Assembly: GCA_964373045.1 (NCBI GenBank)
Contig: CAYJSI010000003.1
Location: forward strand, 9,030 to 73,029
DNA: 64,000 bases
Reading direction: 5' to 3'
From: an uncultured bacterium
Lineage (GTDB): Bacteria; Omnitrophota; Omnitrophia; Omnitrophales; Aquincolibacteriaceae
Position 1 is the stretch's first letter; the number at the start of each line of letters is the position of its first letter. A model generated the notes under the pieces. The model saw only the letters and a list, made by a program, of their open reading frames with translations. It was not told the origin of the DNA and searched no databases. The translations under genes were made by a program, and so were the position numbers. Below are positions 1-12,524 of this stretch, piece after piece.

Positions 1-1
1 T

Positions 2-3000
2 TTGAGGGTGTTGGATGCAGATGATTCCGACACGGCGTCTTCTTCCTTTAATTTTGGATCGAACAAGCAATTTGAACTGGCCGGGGCGCTTGACCTGACA
101 GTCTTAGATAGTGCAGACGCTATCTATAAAGTAGGCACCTATGCGAGCGGCCGCGGGGCCCGGATTACATGGACCAAAAAAGGTATCAATAATGACCAGA
201 TTTTCCGGTTGGTGAATATTCAGTACACCAATACTACTACCGACCCCAATTTTACTTCACCCACAAATGCCGGAACCAGCGTCGTGATCAACAGCACAGG
301 GACGGTTTGTGACGGCAGCGGCAACTGTACTTACGATTGGGACATTCCGACCAATGCCGCCTTAAGCACAACGGCGGTTTATAAATTCCGTGTGATCGAT
401 GCTCAAAATTCGGATTCTTACAATATTTCGACCAATAAATTCAAACTGCGCGGTGATTTCTCAAGTCTCAATGCGGCCAATACACCTTGGGCTGTGGCTT
501 CCGAACCGACCTTCAGCTGGACAACCACCGGTCCTATCAGCAACGTCAGGATGTCCTTTTCGCGATTGGGCACTTTCAGCAGCGATGAAAAGTTTTTCAA
601 GGTCGATCCGAGTAACAAACTTGTCTATGATTCGAGCGCAAGCAGTTTTGCGACGGCCCAGAATATTACGGGTAATGCCAACGGCAGTAAAACCTACACA
701 GTCATCGTGCCCGATTTTATTACGACGGACGGGGCTGCCTCCTTCAAGATCCGCGTTTACGACGCCAATGATCAAGGCATTGCTGTCGACTCTTCGGGAT
801 TTAAAGTTTACGGGAAATTCTCACTCTCCGAGCCCGGTTTGTCGCAGAATCAGAAAAAGAAGGCCGGGGCGAGCACCACCGTGTCCTGGAGTATTAACGG
901 TAACGCCACAGTCACCAAAGCCAAGCTTGAATACACGGCCGACGGGTCGAGCTGGTCCCCGATTGTGCAAGCTACCATTACGGATGCTAACGGCATTACG
1001 CTCATTAACCCAAGCACGACAACCTCTTTCAATTGGACTATTCCGTCTGTGAAATCGAATAATGATTTCCTGGCGCAAGTTCGCATTCGTTCCGCCGCTA
1101 GTGACAACACTCCGGATAGCGACAGTATCGGAATTTCCGCGAATCCTTTCAAGATTTCGGCTTCGATTTCAGTTTCCGAACCGTTCAATGGCCAAAGCCC
1201 GACATGGAAAGTGAATGATACGGGTAAAGTGATCAAATGGGCCACGGTACCGACCGATCTGAATGGCGCGAGCGCTGGAAACGGTTTGGTGAATGTCTAT
1301 TACCGCAAGAATGCCCAAGATTCATGGCATCAAATTTTGACGACAGCAGGTGAATCCAATGACACGCAAGAAGGTTGGTCGCCCATTCCGAATGTTGTGA
1401 GTAATCAAACCCAGGTTCGTGTGGTGGATCGTGCGGATTGCGCTAACGTGGATACTGATTGCGACTCGTCAGGGGACACCGCGGGCACATTTGATATCTC
1501 GGGAAGCATTTATTTTGAAAGCGCTCCCAACGCTCCGATGGGGGGTGAGCCCTGGGCTGTTTATAAAGCCACACCGGCGCAACTTCAAAAGACCTATTCC
1601 ATTAATTGGACCTCGTACGGTTCTGATATGAGTCAGGTGAATATCCATGCCATTAACGCGGGACTTAGCCAAGATGTAACCTTGGCTTCGGGAATTTCAA
1701 GCGTTCAGCAGGTCATTGATTCAAACCTAGGTAAATATCGAAGTTCATGGTCATGGCAGATCAAAGACACGGGTGTGGCGCCCGTGACGCCCATTGGGCC
1801 GGATTGGCGCATCCAGATTGTCAACAGCACCAGCAATACCCCTGCGGTATCAACCCTCTCCGAGGAATTTGACATCTTAGCCGGTTTCTACATGTCGTCT
1901 CACAATAGTTCGACGAATACTTGCGAAATCGGCAACTCCAGCAAGTGTCAGATTACCTGGAATACGGCGGGCTCCGTGAGTGATGCGATTCTAGAATATT
2001 CCACGGATGGCTTCGCATGGTTTAAGGTGCACGGAACGCCGACGCTCGGATCAAACCCTGGGTCCTACAACTGGTCGGTGCCCAGTGATAAAACCCCGAG
2101 CGCAACCATTCGTTATCATGTGATCGATGCGGTCACAGGACATACTCCTGCCGCGAGCGACGTCACGGGTGATCCGAATCCTCCGGACGGTGTTTCCAAA
2201 TTGGTAGCTTCTTTTCCTAAAGATGACATTAAATGGGATGCCAGCGTCCCTCAATATGGAGGCACGGCTCTGGGCGGAGGACAGATCATGGCGGTCGGGC
2301 AGACGGCTAAAGTTAATTACAAATATTACGGCAATATCAGCTCGATTGCGGTTCAGTATACGCTGGATCAGGACAACAATCCCGCGACCTTTAACGATCC
2401 TGTGGATATGACCATCAGTAATCCGATTCCTCCGAGCGGCGGAACGGGACAGTTTCAATACACCTTTCCCGATCTTCTTGCCGGCGGAGCCGATACGACC
2501 CGAATGCAATTCCGCATCCTGGACGGCAACGCAGCGGTTCAAGATAACTTGCCTGCCAACACTGAAAACGGTGTGACAGGTTCCTTTAAACTTCGCGGCA
2601 AGATCCTCATTGATAATCCCACCCTAGGGACCGAGCGCTGGATCGCGGGTGATCAGGCCTCCATTCAATGGACAACGACAGGCTCTGTCACAAGCGTTAA
2701 CATTTATTACGACGTCTACAACAATGATGACAGTTTTGTCGTAACGGGGACCCTCGCGGGCGGGCCCTTTACAAGTAACGCAAATACCCAAACGACGAAA
2801 ACATTTACGATTAACACAACCAACCTCACAGATCTCGATAGCCGGCCTCTCTACTATAAAAAGATTTTTGTTCGGGTGACAGATGCTCAAAGCGAGGGAG
2901 GCAATCCGATTCACGGCAACTCTTCTTACACCACCCTGAAGGCGCATAAGATTTCAGGTAAGTTATCCTTAATTGAGGGGAGCTCGAGCCCGCAAGCCGG

Positions 3001-6000
3001 TGCGAAGTGGCCGGTGGGAAGCTCGCAGACCATTACGTGGACAACCTACGGTAAAGTTCCTCTTGTTGATGTTTACTACTCGGCAAACGGAACCTTCTCG
3101 GACCAGGTGAAAATTAATTCGAGTGCTGTGGCGAATAATCAGGGAACGAATGCTACGGGAGCGACAACGAACCTTCCGTGGACACCTCCCGTGACGCTGG
3201 CGTTAACCTCGACTTATAAGATTCGAGTTGTGGATACCGGAAATAATACTACGCCTGATGCTCCGACCTTTGTCTTAGACAGCAGTTATTCTACCAATCG
3301 GGATTCCGGAGCATTTAAGATTCACGGCGTCATTGATAATGTGGTCCTGACTTCGCCCACCGGTACCACGAAACACAAGTCCTCCGATGCGGCCACCGTG
3401 ACCTGGGATACCACAGGCGACAACCTGAATAGTGTGGATATTGAATACCGGGATGTGACGGGCGCTTACCTTGCGGGCGCTTGGCAGCCGATTCAACTTG
3501 TCCATACCAATACGGGTGTCAATCGCGGAACCAAGAGCTGGACTATCCCGGAAACTTTCCGATCGAGTAATGTTGAAATCCGAGTCAAGCCTGCGGATGG
3601 GACGACAGATGGTTACGATTCAAGCGTTGCCTTGAAGGTCATGCCGAAGATCACTGTGACAACGCCCGTTGCCGCAGAACCTCTCAGTATTGGTACGGCT
3701 TATGATATTAAATGGGATATTCGCGGTGTGACTTCGTCCATCGGTATCCGTTATAAAACAGACGGCAATGCGACCACGAATAATTATCCGTCAGGCGACC
3801 CTTATGAAATTAAAACCGCCGGAGCGCCCTTGGTGCTGGACGGGACAAACTACACCAAAACCGGTACGAATGCGAAATTTCAATGGATCGATGCCGGAAC
3901 AGGCGGCGTGGCCGATACGCCTACGGCTCTTGCTCGTATGATGGTTTACGATCCTCTTGATGACCCTGCTTCGGGCGGTGACGTGTACGGTGTTTCCGCT
4001 AACAACGCCGGTAATTTTGAAATCCGCGGTTTCATCAATGCGAATAACTTCTCCTATTTAGGCGTAACTTACACCGACGATGCAGAATTTGAGGTGTATG
4101 GTGCCACTTTGAATCCAAATCCTGCTGTCATTAATTGGAATGGCGGAGGTACGATTCCGGATGCCATTATCGAATTTTCGACTACGTATGATGGAAGCGA
4201 CCCGACCTCCTTTAATGCAGGTAGAAAATGTCTTGATGGTACGACCGCCAGTCCCTGCCCGACGGTTCCGAACTGGAGCGGTTCAAGTGGCACCAAAACA
4301 TATGACTGGCACGTCCCGGATGTGATTTCCCGCAATACAAGCCCCTACTACATTCGTATCAAGGATCCCAATAACGCCAACGTTTTCGATATCTTCCCGC
4401 GTGGAGCAAGTAACGGTTTCAAAATTAAGTCCAAGCTTGATATAACTTCGCCCGATGGCGGGAACGAATTGCTCGTGGGAAATAAATCTTACAATATTAA
4501 CTGGACCAATACCGGAACAGTCCCGACGGTGGCGCTCGAGTATTCAGGGGACAATTGGCGGCATGAAGATACCAATAACAACAACATCATGGACCCGGGT
4601 GAAGATACCGATCTGGATGGATTCTTAGATCGAGTTCTTTGCGTGGCCGGTGGGACTTATCCAAACTGCAACGCCATTGCCAATGATGGTTCCTTTAATG
4701 GATTCGGCGCCGAAGGGTCCACGAACGGCCCTTGGAAGATTGCAGACGACGGCAAACTGATTCCTTGGAATTGCAACACGCTGCCTGATAACGATCCTAC
4801 TGATGCGAATCATCCTTGCAAAGTTCAAACCGCGAAGGTTCGCGTGCGTGATGGTGGAGATTTGCCGGTGATGAATGCCTCGGCAAGTAATTTTACGGCT
4901 CGTTATGTGGCTAAGAAATGGTATCTCAGAAACTCGGTGACCGGTGCCGATTTAGACAGTATTACGATGTATGAAAACACCATCCATAAAGTGCGGGCCA
5001 ATGGAAGTTTTGCAACACCCGGTATTGTTTCGCCCTATATTATTTGGAGTCCTGCCGGAACCAATTATACGATCGCCTTCTCCAAAGTTGGATTTACCGA
5101 TTATTATGATGCGGCTCAAACGACCACTTTGACGGATCAGGTGACCGGAGCCACGGTTGATCCCATTGAGCCTAATCACGCCATGTTAGATGAACGCCAA
5201 ACGGTTTACTTGAGTGATATCGTGGCCCATAACGACGTGATCAACACGTCTTATCAATATACGACTTCTTCCGGGTCTACCCCTGACAGCATTACCTTTA
5301 AGGTCTGGTACACTCGCGATGGTTTGAACGTGGTCACGACCACCCAAGCTCAACTTCTGGTTTACAATGGAGAGACGCTGCTTTCCAATATGAATTTAAC
5401 CTCCGCCACCCAAAATCCTGCGGGATCCGGCGTTTATACCTTTACCATTAGCAACACAGGTCTTCAAAAGAGTACGAACTACGATGCACGCAATAAGATT
5501 CGATTACCGACGGGAACCGATCTTCAGGGTTTCACGGTTGTGAATATCGGCCAGGCCTCTGATACGCAGACGACTAATGCCAATGTTGCGGTTATCACGC
5601 CCATTATTACCACCAATATTGATGGCAAAATTTCCGATGTCAAAAACGCAATCAGCGATGTCAAAAATGCGCTCGGTGTGACAGGAACCGATACCATTGT
5701 TAGTAAACTCAATAGTGTCCAGCAGGCCATTGAAAACAAAATCGGAACCGATTCTCAAGGTAGAACCTTGATGAAAAAGATGGATGACCAAACTGAAACT
5801 ATTAACACTGCAATCACCGACTTCACTAAAAAATCCGACAAAGCTGTCTTTAAGATGCAAGATGCTATTGCAAGATCTGCGGTTCGGCTGATTATTCCTC
5901 AGACTACCAAGGTTGGAACTAAAGAGACTATCCGTGTAGGGACCGAAGCAAGCGTGACCCCGACCATTGATATCATTTGCCCTAACGGAACGGCGATTGT

Positions 6001-7417
6001 GAGTGGAATGTCATTGACGGCAACCGCAACGCCCGGACTTTACGCGGCAGATATTACCTTTAATGCCAATACTTATAAATGCGCTGTGGCGAAGGCTGTG
6101 ACGATCATTGCAAACGTCACGATTCCCAGTAAGGATTCTGCCGAGCCTCCCGTGACGGGAACCGCGGTCGGCAGCATCTTTCTTGTGACATCCACGACCG
6201 ATGACGTCTTGGCGGCAGCTTCCTCGGGTATGGGCGCTGAAAGAGCGGCCAAGGATGCCAAAGAAGCGGTCAATAAAGTGGCCCAGGCCCTGGCCGGCAA
6301 AGGAAACGTCTTTGAATCCCTTGATCAATTGCAGGCAAGCATTGAACGCATCCCTTCTTCCCTTGAAAGCGGAGAAAAAGGTGTATCTCAAATGAAAAGC
6401 ACGCTTGATGAAGTGGCGGACCGTATCGCGGGGTTTGTGGGCCGCGAGGGTTATGATATGCGCACCATTCTCAAACAGGAAATTGGGGAGGGCATGAAAG
6501 GGGTGCGCAATAAAGTGGATCGCACCCTTACCGCCGCCCGCGTCATGAAAGATATTATGGAGCGCAAGGTCGGGCGAAGTGACGAGCCCATTATTCAGTC
6601 CTTCTACGAAATTGGAAGCGTGAAGCTCAGGGTGGTGGCCGTCAATCCTTCGCCCGAAAAACCGCAGACCATTCCCATCAAGATCTTCCTTCCGAAGGAG
6701 ATCATCCCGGACGATATTATCAATATGGGTGAACTGAAAGTGGGCTATGATTCTGAAAAGAGCCTCTATTTCGCCTACAGTGACGGCGTTGAGCTTGGAG
6801 CCCAGGAGACGCGCGTCTTTGAAGTTCACCTCGAAGACGTGTGGAAAGTCAAGAATGAAGAACTCGATAAGCTTCAAACTCAAAGCGACCGCGCCTTCAA
6901 GCATCTTGAAGTAACGGAATTCTCGCAGGACGCAAAAGCGGTTGTGGACTCGATCCATGCCCGGTTGAGTGACATCAAGAAAAAGCAGGAAGATGAGACC
7001 GTCTCGCGCGAAATTCATATCGGGATCTACCGCACTAACTTAAATGTCATGGAAGGGGTCAAAGAAGATATCCGGATGCTCGAAAAGATGCTGCAACGGA
7101 CTGGATCCCCCGCCTCTATCGAATTTCTGAAGGATACGGTTTTTGAAAAGAAAGACCATATCGACCGCATCACGGCCTGGAAACTCATCATGGCCATCCT
7201 CGGATTTCTGGGTCTCCTGGGCGCCGGGTTTTACGCCCGCTGGTTTTTGATGATCAAGGCCCATCGGGGGGCGCAGGCCAGTGAGCTGCTTGATCCTGCA
7301 GCCGATATCGATGAACACGTGGATGCGGTCAAACCCGGGTCAGGCGCTGCGGAAGAAATCGATATCTCGAAAATTCTCGGACAAGGTCAGGATAAAGATA
7401 AACAAAAGGCGGGGTAA
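2..7417 (+). CDS. Giant repetitive surface protein, C-terminal 2471 aa (5' end outside window). Contains more than 20 tandem ~95-aa beta-sandwich/Ig-like modules, then a helical/coiled-coil region and a single C-terminal transmembrane tail anchor.
   Basis: Continuous ORF to TAA at 7415-7417. Recurring module signature W-x-T...V-x-I-x-Y...W-x-[IP] (e.g. ITWTTYGKVPLVDVYYSANG, IQWTTTGSVTSVNIYY, VTWDTTGDNLNSVDIEYR). C-terminal hydrophobic helix WKLIMAILGFLGLLGAGFYARWFLMI followed by a short charged tail. Tandem 21-nt ISDVKNA duplication near 5630-5671. The overlapping small ORFs in the track are treated as spurious. Confidence 0.8.
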   Translation: MRVLDADDSDTASSSFNFGSNKQFELAGALDLTVLDSADAIYKVGTYASGRGARITWTKKGINNDQIFRLVNIQYTNTTTDPNFTSPTNAGTSVVINSTGTVCDGSGNCTYDWDIPTNAALSTTAVYKFRVIDAQNSDSYNISTNKFKLRGDFSSLNAANTPWAVASEPTFSWTTTGPISNVRMSFSRLGTFSSDEKFFKVDPSNKLVYDSSASSFATAQNITGNANGSKTYTVIVPDFITTDGAASFKIRVYDANDQGIAVDSSGFKVYGKFSLSEPGLSQNQKKKAGASTTVSWSINGNATVTKAKLEYTADGSSWSPIVQATITDANGITLINPSTTTSFNWTIPSVKSNNDFLAQVRIRSAASDNTPDSDSIGISANPFKISASISVSEPFNGQSPTWKVNDTGKVIKWATVPTDLNGASAGNGLVNVYYRKNAQDSWHQILTTAGESNDTQEGWSPIPNVVSNQTQVRVVDRADCANVDTDCDSSGDTAGTFDISGSIYFESAPNAPMGGEPWAVYKATPAQLQKTYSINWTSYGSDMSQVNIHAINAGLSQDVTLASGISSVQQVIDSNLGKYRSSWSWQIKDTGVAPVTPIGPDWRIQIVNSTSNTPAVSTLSEEFDILAGFYMSSHNSSTNTCEIGNSSKCQITWNTAGSVSDAILEYSTDGFAWFKVHGTPTLGSNPGSYNWSVPSDKTPSATIRYHVIDAVTGHTPAASDVTGDPNPPDGVSKLVASFPKDDIKWDASVPQYGGTALGGGQIMAVGQTAKVNYKYYGNISSIAVQYTLDQDNNPATFNDPVDMTISNPIPPSGGTGQFQYTFPDLLAGGADTTRMQFRILDGNAAVQDNLPANTENGVTGSFKLRGKILIDNPTLGTERWIAGDQASIQWTTTGSVTSVNIYYDVYNNDDSFVVTGTLAGGPFTSNANTQTTKTFTINTTNLTDLDSRPLYYKKIFVRVTDAQSEGGNPIHGNSSYTTLKAHKISGKLSLIEGSSSPQAGAKWPVGSSQTITWTTYGKVPLVDVYYSANGTFSDQVKINSSAVANNQGTNATGATTNLPWTPPVTLALTSTYKIRVVDTGNNTTPDAPTFVLDSSYSTNRDSGAFKIHGVIDNVVLTSPTGTTKHKSSDAATVTWDTTGDNLNSVDIEYRDVTGAYLAGAWQPIQLVHTNTGVNRGTKSWTIPETFRSSNVEIRVKPADGTTDGYDSSVALKVMPKITVTTPVAAEPLSIGTAYDIKWDIRGVTSSIGIRYKTDGNATTNNYPSGDPYEIKTAGAPLVLDGTNYTKTGTNAKFQWIDAGTGGVADTPTALARMMVYDPLDDPASGGDVYGVSANNAGNFEIRGFINANNFSYLGVTYTDDAEFEVYGATLNPNPAVINWNGGGTIPDAIIEFSTTYDGSDPTSFNAGRKCLDGTTASPCPTVPNWSGSSGTKTYDWHVPDVISRNTSPYYIRIKDPNNANVFDIFPRGASNGFKIKSKLDITSPDGGNELLVGNKSYNINWTNTGTVPTVALEYSGDNWRHEDTNNNNIMDPGEDTDLDGFLDRVLCVAGGTYPNCNAIANDGSFNGFGAEGSTNGPWKIADDGKLIPWNCNTLPDNDPTDANHPCKVQTAKVRVRDGGDLPVMNASASNFTARYVAKKWYLRNSVTGADLDSITMYENTIHKVRANGSFATPGIVSPYIIWSPAGTNYTIAFSKVGFTDYYDAAQTTTLTDQVTGATVDPIEPNHAMLDERQTVYLSDIVAHNDVINTSYQYTTSSGSTPDSITFKVWYTRDGLNVVTTTQAQLLVYNGETLLSNMNLTSATQNPAGSGVYTFTISNTGLQKSTNYDARNKIRLPTGTDLQGFTVVNIGQASDTQTTNANVAVITPIITTNIDGKISDVKNAISDVKNALGVTGTDTIVSKLNSVQQAIENKIGTDSQGRTLMKKMDDQTETINTAITDFTKKSDKAVFKMQDAIARSAVRLIIPQTTKVGTKETIRVGTEASVTPTIDIICPNGTAIVSGMSLTATATPGLYAADITFNANTYKCAVAKAVTIIANVTIPSKDSAEPPVTGTAVGSIFLVTSTTDDVLAAASSGMGAERAAKDAKEAVNKVAQALAGKGNVFESLDQLQASIERIPSSLESGEKGVSQMKSTLDEVADRIAGFVGREGYDMRTILKQEIGEGMKGVRNKVDRTLTAARVMKDIMERKVGRSDEPIIQSFYEIGSVKLRVVAVNPSPEKPQTIPIKIFLPKEIIPDDIINMGELKVGYDSEKSLYFAYSDGVELGAQETRVFEVHLEDVWKVKNEELDKLQTQSDRAFKHLEVTEFSQDAKAVVDSIHARLSDIKKKQEDETVSREIHIGIYRTNLNVMEGVKEDIRMLEKMLQRTGSPASIEFLKDTVFEKKDHIDRITAWKLIMAILGFLGLLGAGFYARWFLMIKAHRGAQASELLDPAADIDEHVDAVKPGSGAAEEIDISKILGQGQDKDKQKAG
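5630..5671 (+). repeat. Perfect-frame tandem duplication of a 21-nt unit (encodes ISDVKNA twice) inside the giant surface protein gene
   Basis: atttccgatgtcaaaaacgca / atcagcgatgtcaaaaatgcg are adjacent and in frame. Confidence 0.6.
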
Positions 7418-7476
7418 CCAACCGTGTCTTGCCTCCCGACCTTTCTCACCCGCAAGCCTCAATAAGTCTCACGGCC

Positions 7477-7722
7477 ATGTTTCACGTCCTCATTATCAAC
7501 GCTCAAATAAAAACCCGGGAAGAAATTCTTTTTGAGGGTCAGGCCAAAAGCGTTGTCCTCCCCGGACAGGATGGTGAATTTGAGGTACTTGATTTCCATA
7601 AACCCATTATCAGCCGACTGAAAAAGGGGGTCATTACGGTCGATAATAAGGACGAATTCCGTATTCGGGACGGGATCGCAAAAATGGATCATCAGGACCT
7701 TGTCATCATGGTCGAGGTATGA
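7477..7722 (+). CDS. atpC: F-type ATP synthase epsilon subunit, short form (beta-sandwich domain only, no C-terminal helical hairpin)
   Basis: ATG at 7477. MFHVLIINAQIKTREEILFEGQAKSVVLPGQDGEFEVLDFHKPIISRLKKGVITV matches the epsilon N-terminal domain pattern (V..PG..GE.GIL..H.P). The 81-aa product lacks the usual ~50-aa inhibitory helices. Stop overlaps the next start (ATGA). Confidence 0.75.
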   Translation: MFHVLIINAQIKTREEILFEGQAKSVVLPGQDGEFEVLDFHKPIISRLKKGVITVDNKDEFRIRDGIAKMDHQDLVIMVEV

Positions 7723-7931
7723 AAAATTTAATCATTATCCTGATTATGGCGCTTGGGATCTTGGGACCCTCCCTCGTGATTGCGGCGGTGGGTTTTTCAA
7801 GCATCATGGCCCTCGGCCGGAACCCTTCTTCGGCTCCCAAGATTATGCTGGCCATGATCATCGCCCTTATTTTTGCGGAGGCCATCGCCGTGATTGCACT
7901 CTTAGTTGTGTTTCAGGTGTTTACGCCATAA
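7719..7931 (+). CDS. atpE: F-type ATP synthase c subunit (proteolipid)
   Basis: 70-aa two-helix hairpin. GRNP loop and conserved carboxylate in helix 2 (ALIFAEAIAVIALL). Confidence 0.85.
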   Translation: MKNLIIILIMALGILGPSLVIAAVGFSSIMALGRNPSSAPKIMLAMIIALIFAEAIAVIALLVVFQVFTP

Positions 7932-7944
7932 AGAGAGGGAAACG

Positions 7945-8694
7945 ATGGTCTTAACCATTATCATTTTTCAGGGGCTGGTTTTTCTCGCCCTCATTCTGAT
8001 CCTGCGGCATTTCATGAAGGGGCATGTGAGCGGAGCCGTGGGCCATCTTCAGAGATTAAACGATGAACTGGTCAAGCAGCAGGTAACCCTTAAAGAAAAG
8101 ATTGCCGCTGCGGAAAAAGAATATGAAACCAAAATGGTCAAGCTCCAACAGGAAGTGACGGCCCGCCAGGCCGAGTCGCGGCAGGCGGCGACCAAGGCCC
8201 TTGAAGAGGCCCGTCAGCGCGCCCTGCAGGAGCGTGAAAAGATTATCAATGAAGCGGTGGAGACGCGGGAGAAGATGCGTCAAGAAATCATGGCAGAAAT
8301 GGAAGAGAAGGCCGTCCAGCATTCCAAGGAAATCATTGTAAGCTCGCTTACCCCACAGGCGCGTCAGGCCATTCATGAGATTTTGGTGCGAGAAGTGGCG
8401 GAGGGGATTCGGGGGGAATCAAAAATGGATCACTTTCAGATTGCCTCCGAGACCGCCGAACTTCGCACCGCGGAGCCGCTTACCAATGAGTGCAAGCAGC
8501 AGATTCAAAAGGCGTTAAAAGAAAAGATTCGCAAAGAGTTTCATTTCAAAGAAGCCTCTGATCCCTCCCTCATTGCCGGTGTGATCCTAAAATTCGGCTC
8601 CTTCGTCATCGATGGCAGTTTGCTTCATCGCCTCGAGGGGGCTTCTGCGCGCGTAAGGCAGGAGACGGTTCGAAAATATCAGGGAAAGGTCTAG
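7945..8694 (+). CDS. atpF: ATP synthase b subunit fused to a C-terminal delta (OSCP) domain
   Basis: ATG 7945 with RBS agagaggga upstream. N-terminal TM helix VLTIIIFQGLVFLALILIL and a long charged coiled coil. C-terminus DPSLIAGVILKFGSFVIDGSLLHRLEG matches the delta-subunit C-terminal signature (..LIGG..I..GD.VIDGSV..RL). The N-terminal delta helical bundle is absent. Confidence 0.8.
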   Translation: MVLTIIIFQGLVFLALILILRHFMKGHVSGAVGHLQRLNDELVKQQVTLKEKIAAAEKEYETKMVKLQQEVTARQAESRQAATKALEEARQRALQEREKIINEAVETREKMRQEIMAEMEEKAVQHSKEIIVSSLTPQARQAIHEILVREVAEGIRGESKMDHFQIASETAELRTAEPLTNECKQQIQKALKEKIRKEFHFKEASDPSLIAGVILKFGSFVIDGSLLHRLEGASARVRQETVRKYQGKV

Positions 8695-8700
8695 CCCCGA

Positions 8701-10227
8701 GTGAATCAGGAATCGTTGATCGTTAATAGTAGTCGTCCCCGCCTCGAGATTCGCGAAGTCGGAGTGGTGAGAGAAATCCGCGAATCCATCGCCCGCGTCG
8801 AGGGGTTACCCTCCGTTTTAAATGGCCAAATCGTTCACTTTGGCTATGAAAACAAAGGGATGGTGATGGGGTTCACCGAAAAAGAAGTTTTGATTTTGAT
8901 GTTTGGCGGGAAAGAAAAAATTAAGGCGGGGGATGAAGTGTGGAGCCGGGGAGAACCCTTTACGCTTCCGGTAGGCGAAAAATTCTTAGGCCGGATTGTC
9001 AATGCCCTGGGTGATCCCGCCGACGGAAAGCAAGCCATTATCCCGGACGCCTACCTTCCGGCCTTTAGTGTTGCCCCGGGGGTGATGGAGCGAAAACCCG
9101 TTTGCCAGCCGCTGGATACCGGGATCAAGATTTTGGATGCCATTATCCCGGTGGCCAAAGGCCAGAGACAGCTTTTGATCGGGGATCGCATGACGGGCAA
9201 GACCACCATTGCTGTCGATACGATCTTGAACCAAGCGACAAGAAATGTAGTCTGCATTTATTGCTGCATCGGAAGGAGCTATTCCAACCTTCTTAAGACG
9301 CTCGAGATCTTGAAAGAAAAAGGCGCGTTAGGCTATACCATTATCGTGGCGGGCATTGCCTCTGCGTCCGTAGGAGAACAGTTTCTTGCTCCCTACACGG
9401 CCTGCTCGCTTGGAGAATATTTTATGCAGCGCGGGCGCCATGTCTTTGTTACCTTCGATGATCTGACCAAGCACGCCTGGGTTTACCGCCAGCTTTCCCT
9501 CCTCCTGGAGCGTCCTCCCGGCCGCGAGGCCTATCCCGGTGATATCTTTTATATTCACTCTCAGCTTGTGGAACGGGCCGGGCAACTGAGTGATCAAAAT
9601 GGCGGCGGGTCGATGACCTTTTTTCCCATTTGCGATACCTTGCAGGGCGATGTGACGGGCTACATTCAAACGAACCTCATTTCCATGACCGACGGGCAAA
9701 CCGTGGTAAGTTCTGCCCTGTTTAACCAGGGGATCAAGCCGGCCATTGATTTCGGCCTCTCGGTTTCTCGTATTGGGAACAAGGTGAGCGTGCCGGCCAT
9801 GAAAAAATTGGCGGGGAAACTCCGCCTTGAATACCTGCAATATAAAGAACTTGTTCGCATGACACAGCTTAAGACCACGGTCTCAGATGAGGCCTCGGCC
9901 CGAATCCGCCGCGGGGAAGTCATTACCGAACTTCTCATGCAAAACAAGCAGGAACCCTCGCCCATCGAGGAACAAATTCTTCATTTATATGCCTTGAAGC
10001 AAGGCATTTTAGATCCCTTATCCGGCCAGGCCCTTAAAAAATTTAAAAGAGAGATCCTTTCTTACGCCCGGCAGGAATTTCCAAATTTAATCAAGGAACT
10101 TTGCACGTCTTGGGATCTCACGGATAGCGTCAAAAAAGGGATCGAGGATCTGTTTCAAAGTTATTTTGCAGCTCCGAAGGGAGGCGCCCAGGAAAGTACG
10201 GTTAAGGCCGATCGGGCCGCTTCGTAA
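8701..10227 (+). CDS. atpA: F-type ATP synthase alpha subunit
   Basis: GTG start. P-loop GDRMTGKTTIAVDTILNQ. Alpha-type signature throughout. 508 aa. Confidence 0.9.
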   Translation: MNQESLIVNSSRPRLEIREVGVVREIRESIARVEGLPSVLNGQIVHFGYENKGMVMGFTEKEVLILMFGGKEKIKAGDEVWSRGEPFTLPVGEKFLGRIVNALGDPADGKQAIIPDAYLPAFSVAPGVMERKPVCQPLDTGIKILDAIIPVAKGQRQLLIGDRMTGKTTIAVDTILNQATRNVVCIYCCIGRSYSNLLKTLEILKEKGALGYTIIVAGIASASVGEQFLAPYTACSLGEYFMQRGRHVFVTFDDLTKHAWVYRQLSLLLERPPGREAYPGDIFYIHSQLVERAGQLSDQNGGGSMTFFPICDTLQGDVTGYIQTNLISMTDGQTVVSSALFNQGIKPAIDFGLSVSRIGNKVSVPAMKKLAGKLRLEYLQYKELVRMTQLKTTVSDEASARIRRGEVITELLMQNKQEPSPIEEQILHLYALKQGILDPLSGQALKKFKREILSYARQEFPNLIKELCTSWDLTDSVKKGIEDLFQSYFAAPKGGAQESTVKADRAAS

Positions 10228-10229
10228 CG

Positions 10230-12517
<2,288 letters not shown>

Positions 12518-12524
12518 GGAAAAA

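Noticed and set aside
399-5860. Many 60-335-aa ORFs in other frames and on the minus strand inside the giant surface-protein gene (e.g. 399-1052 +, 850-1245 -, 2051-2542 -, 5504-5860 -, 6011-7018 -)
   Set aside because: They are fully nested within a long, repeat-structured ORF, show low-complexity Arg/Pro/Ser-rich translations typical of off-frame reading, and have no RBS/start context. Treated as shadow ORFs.
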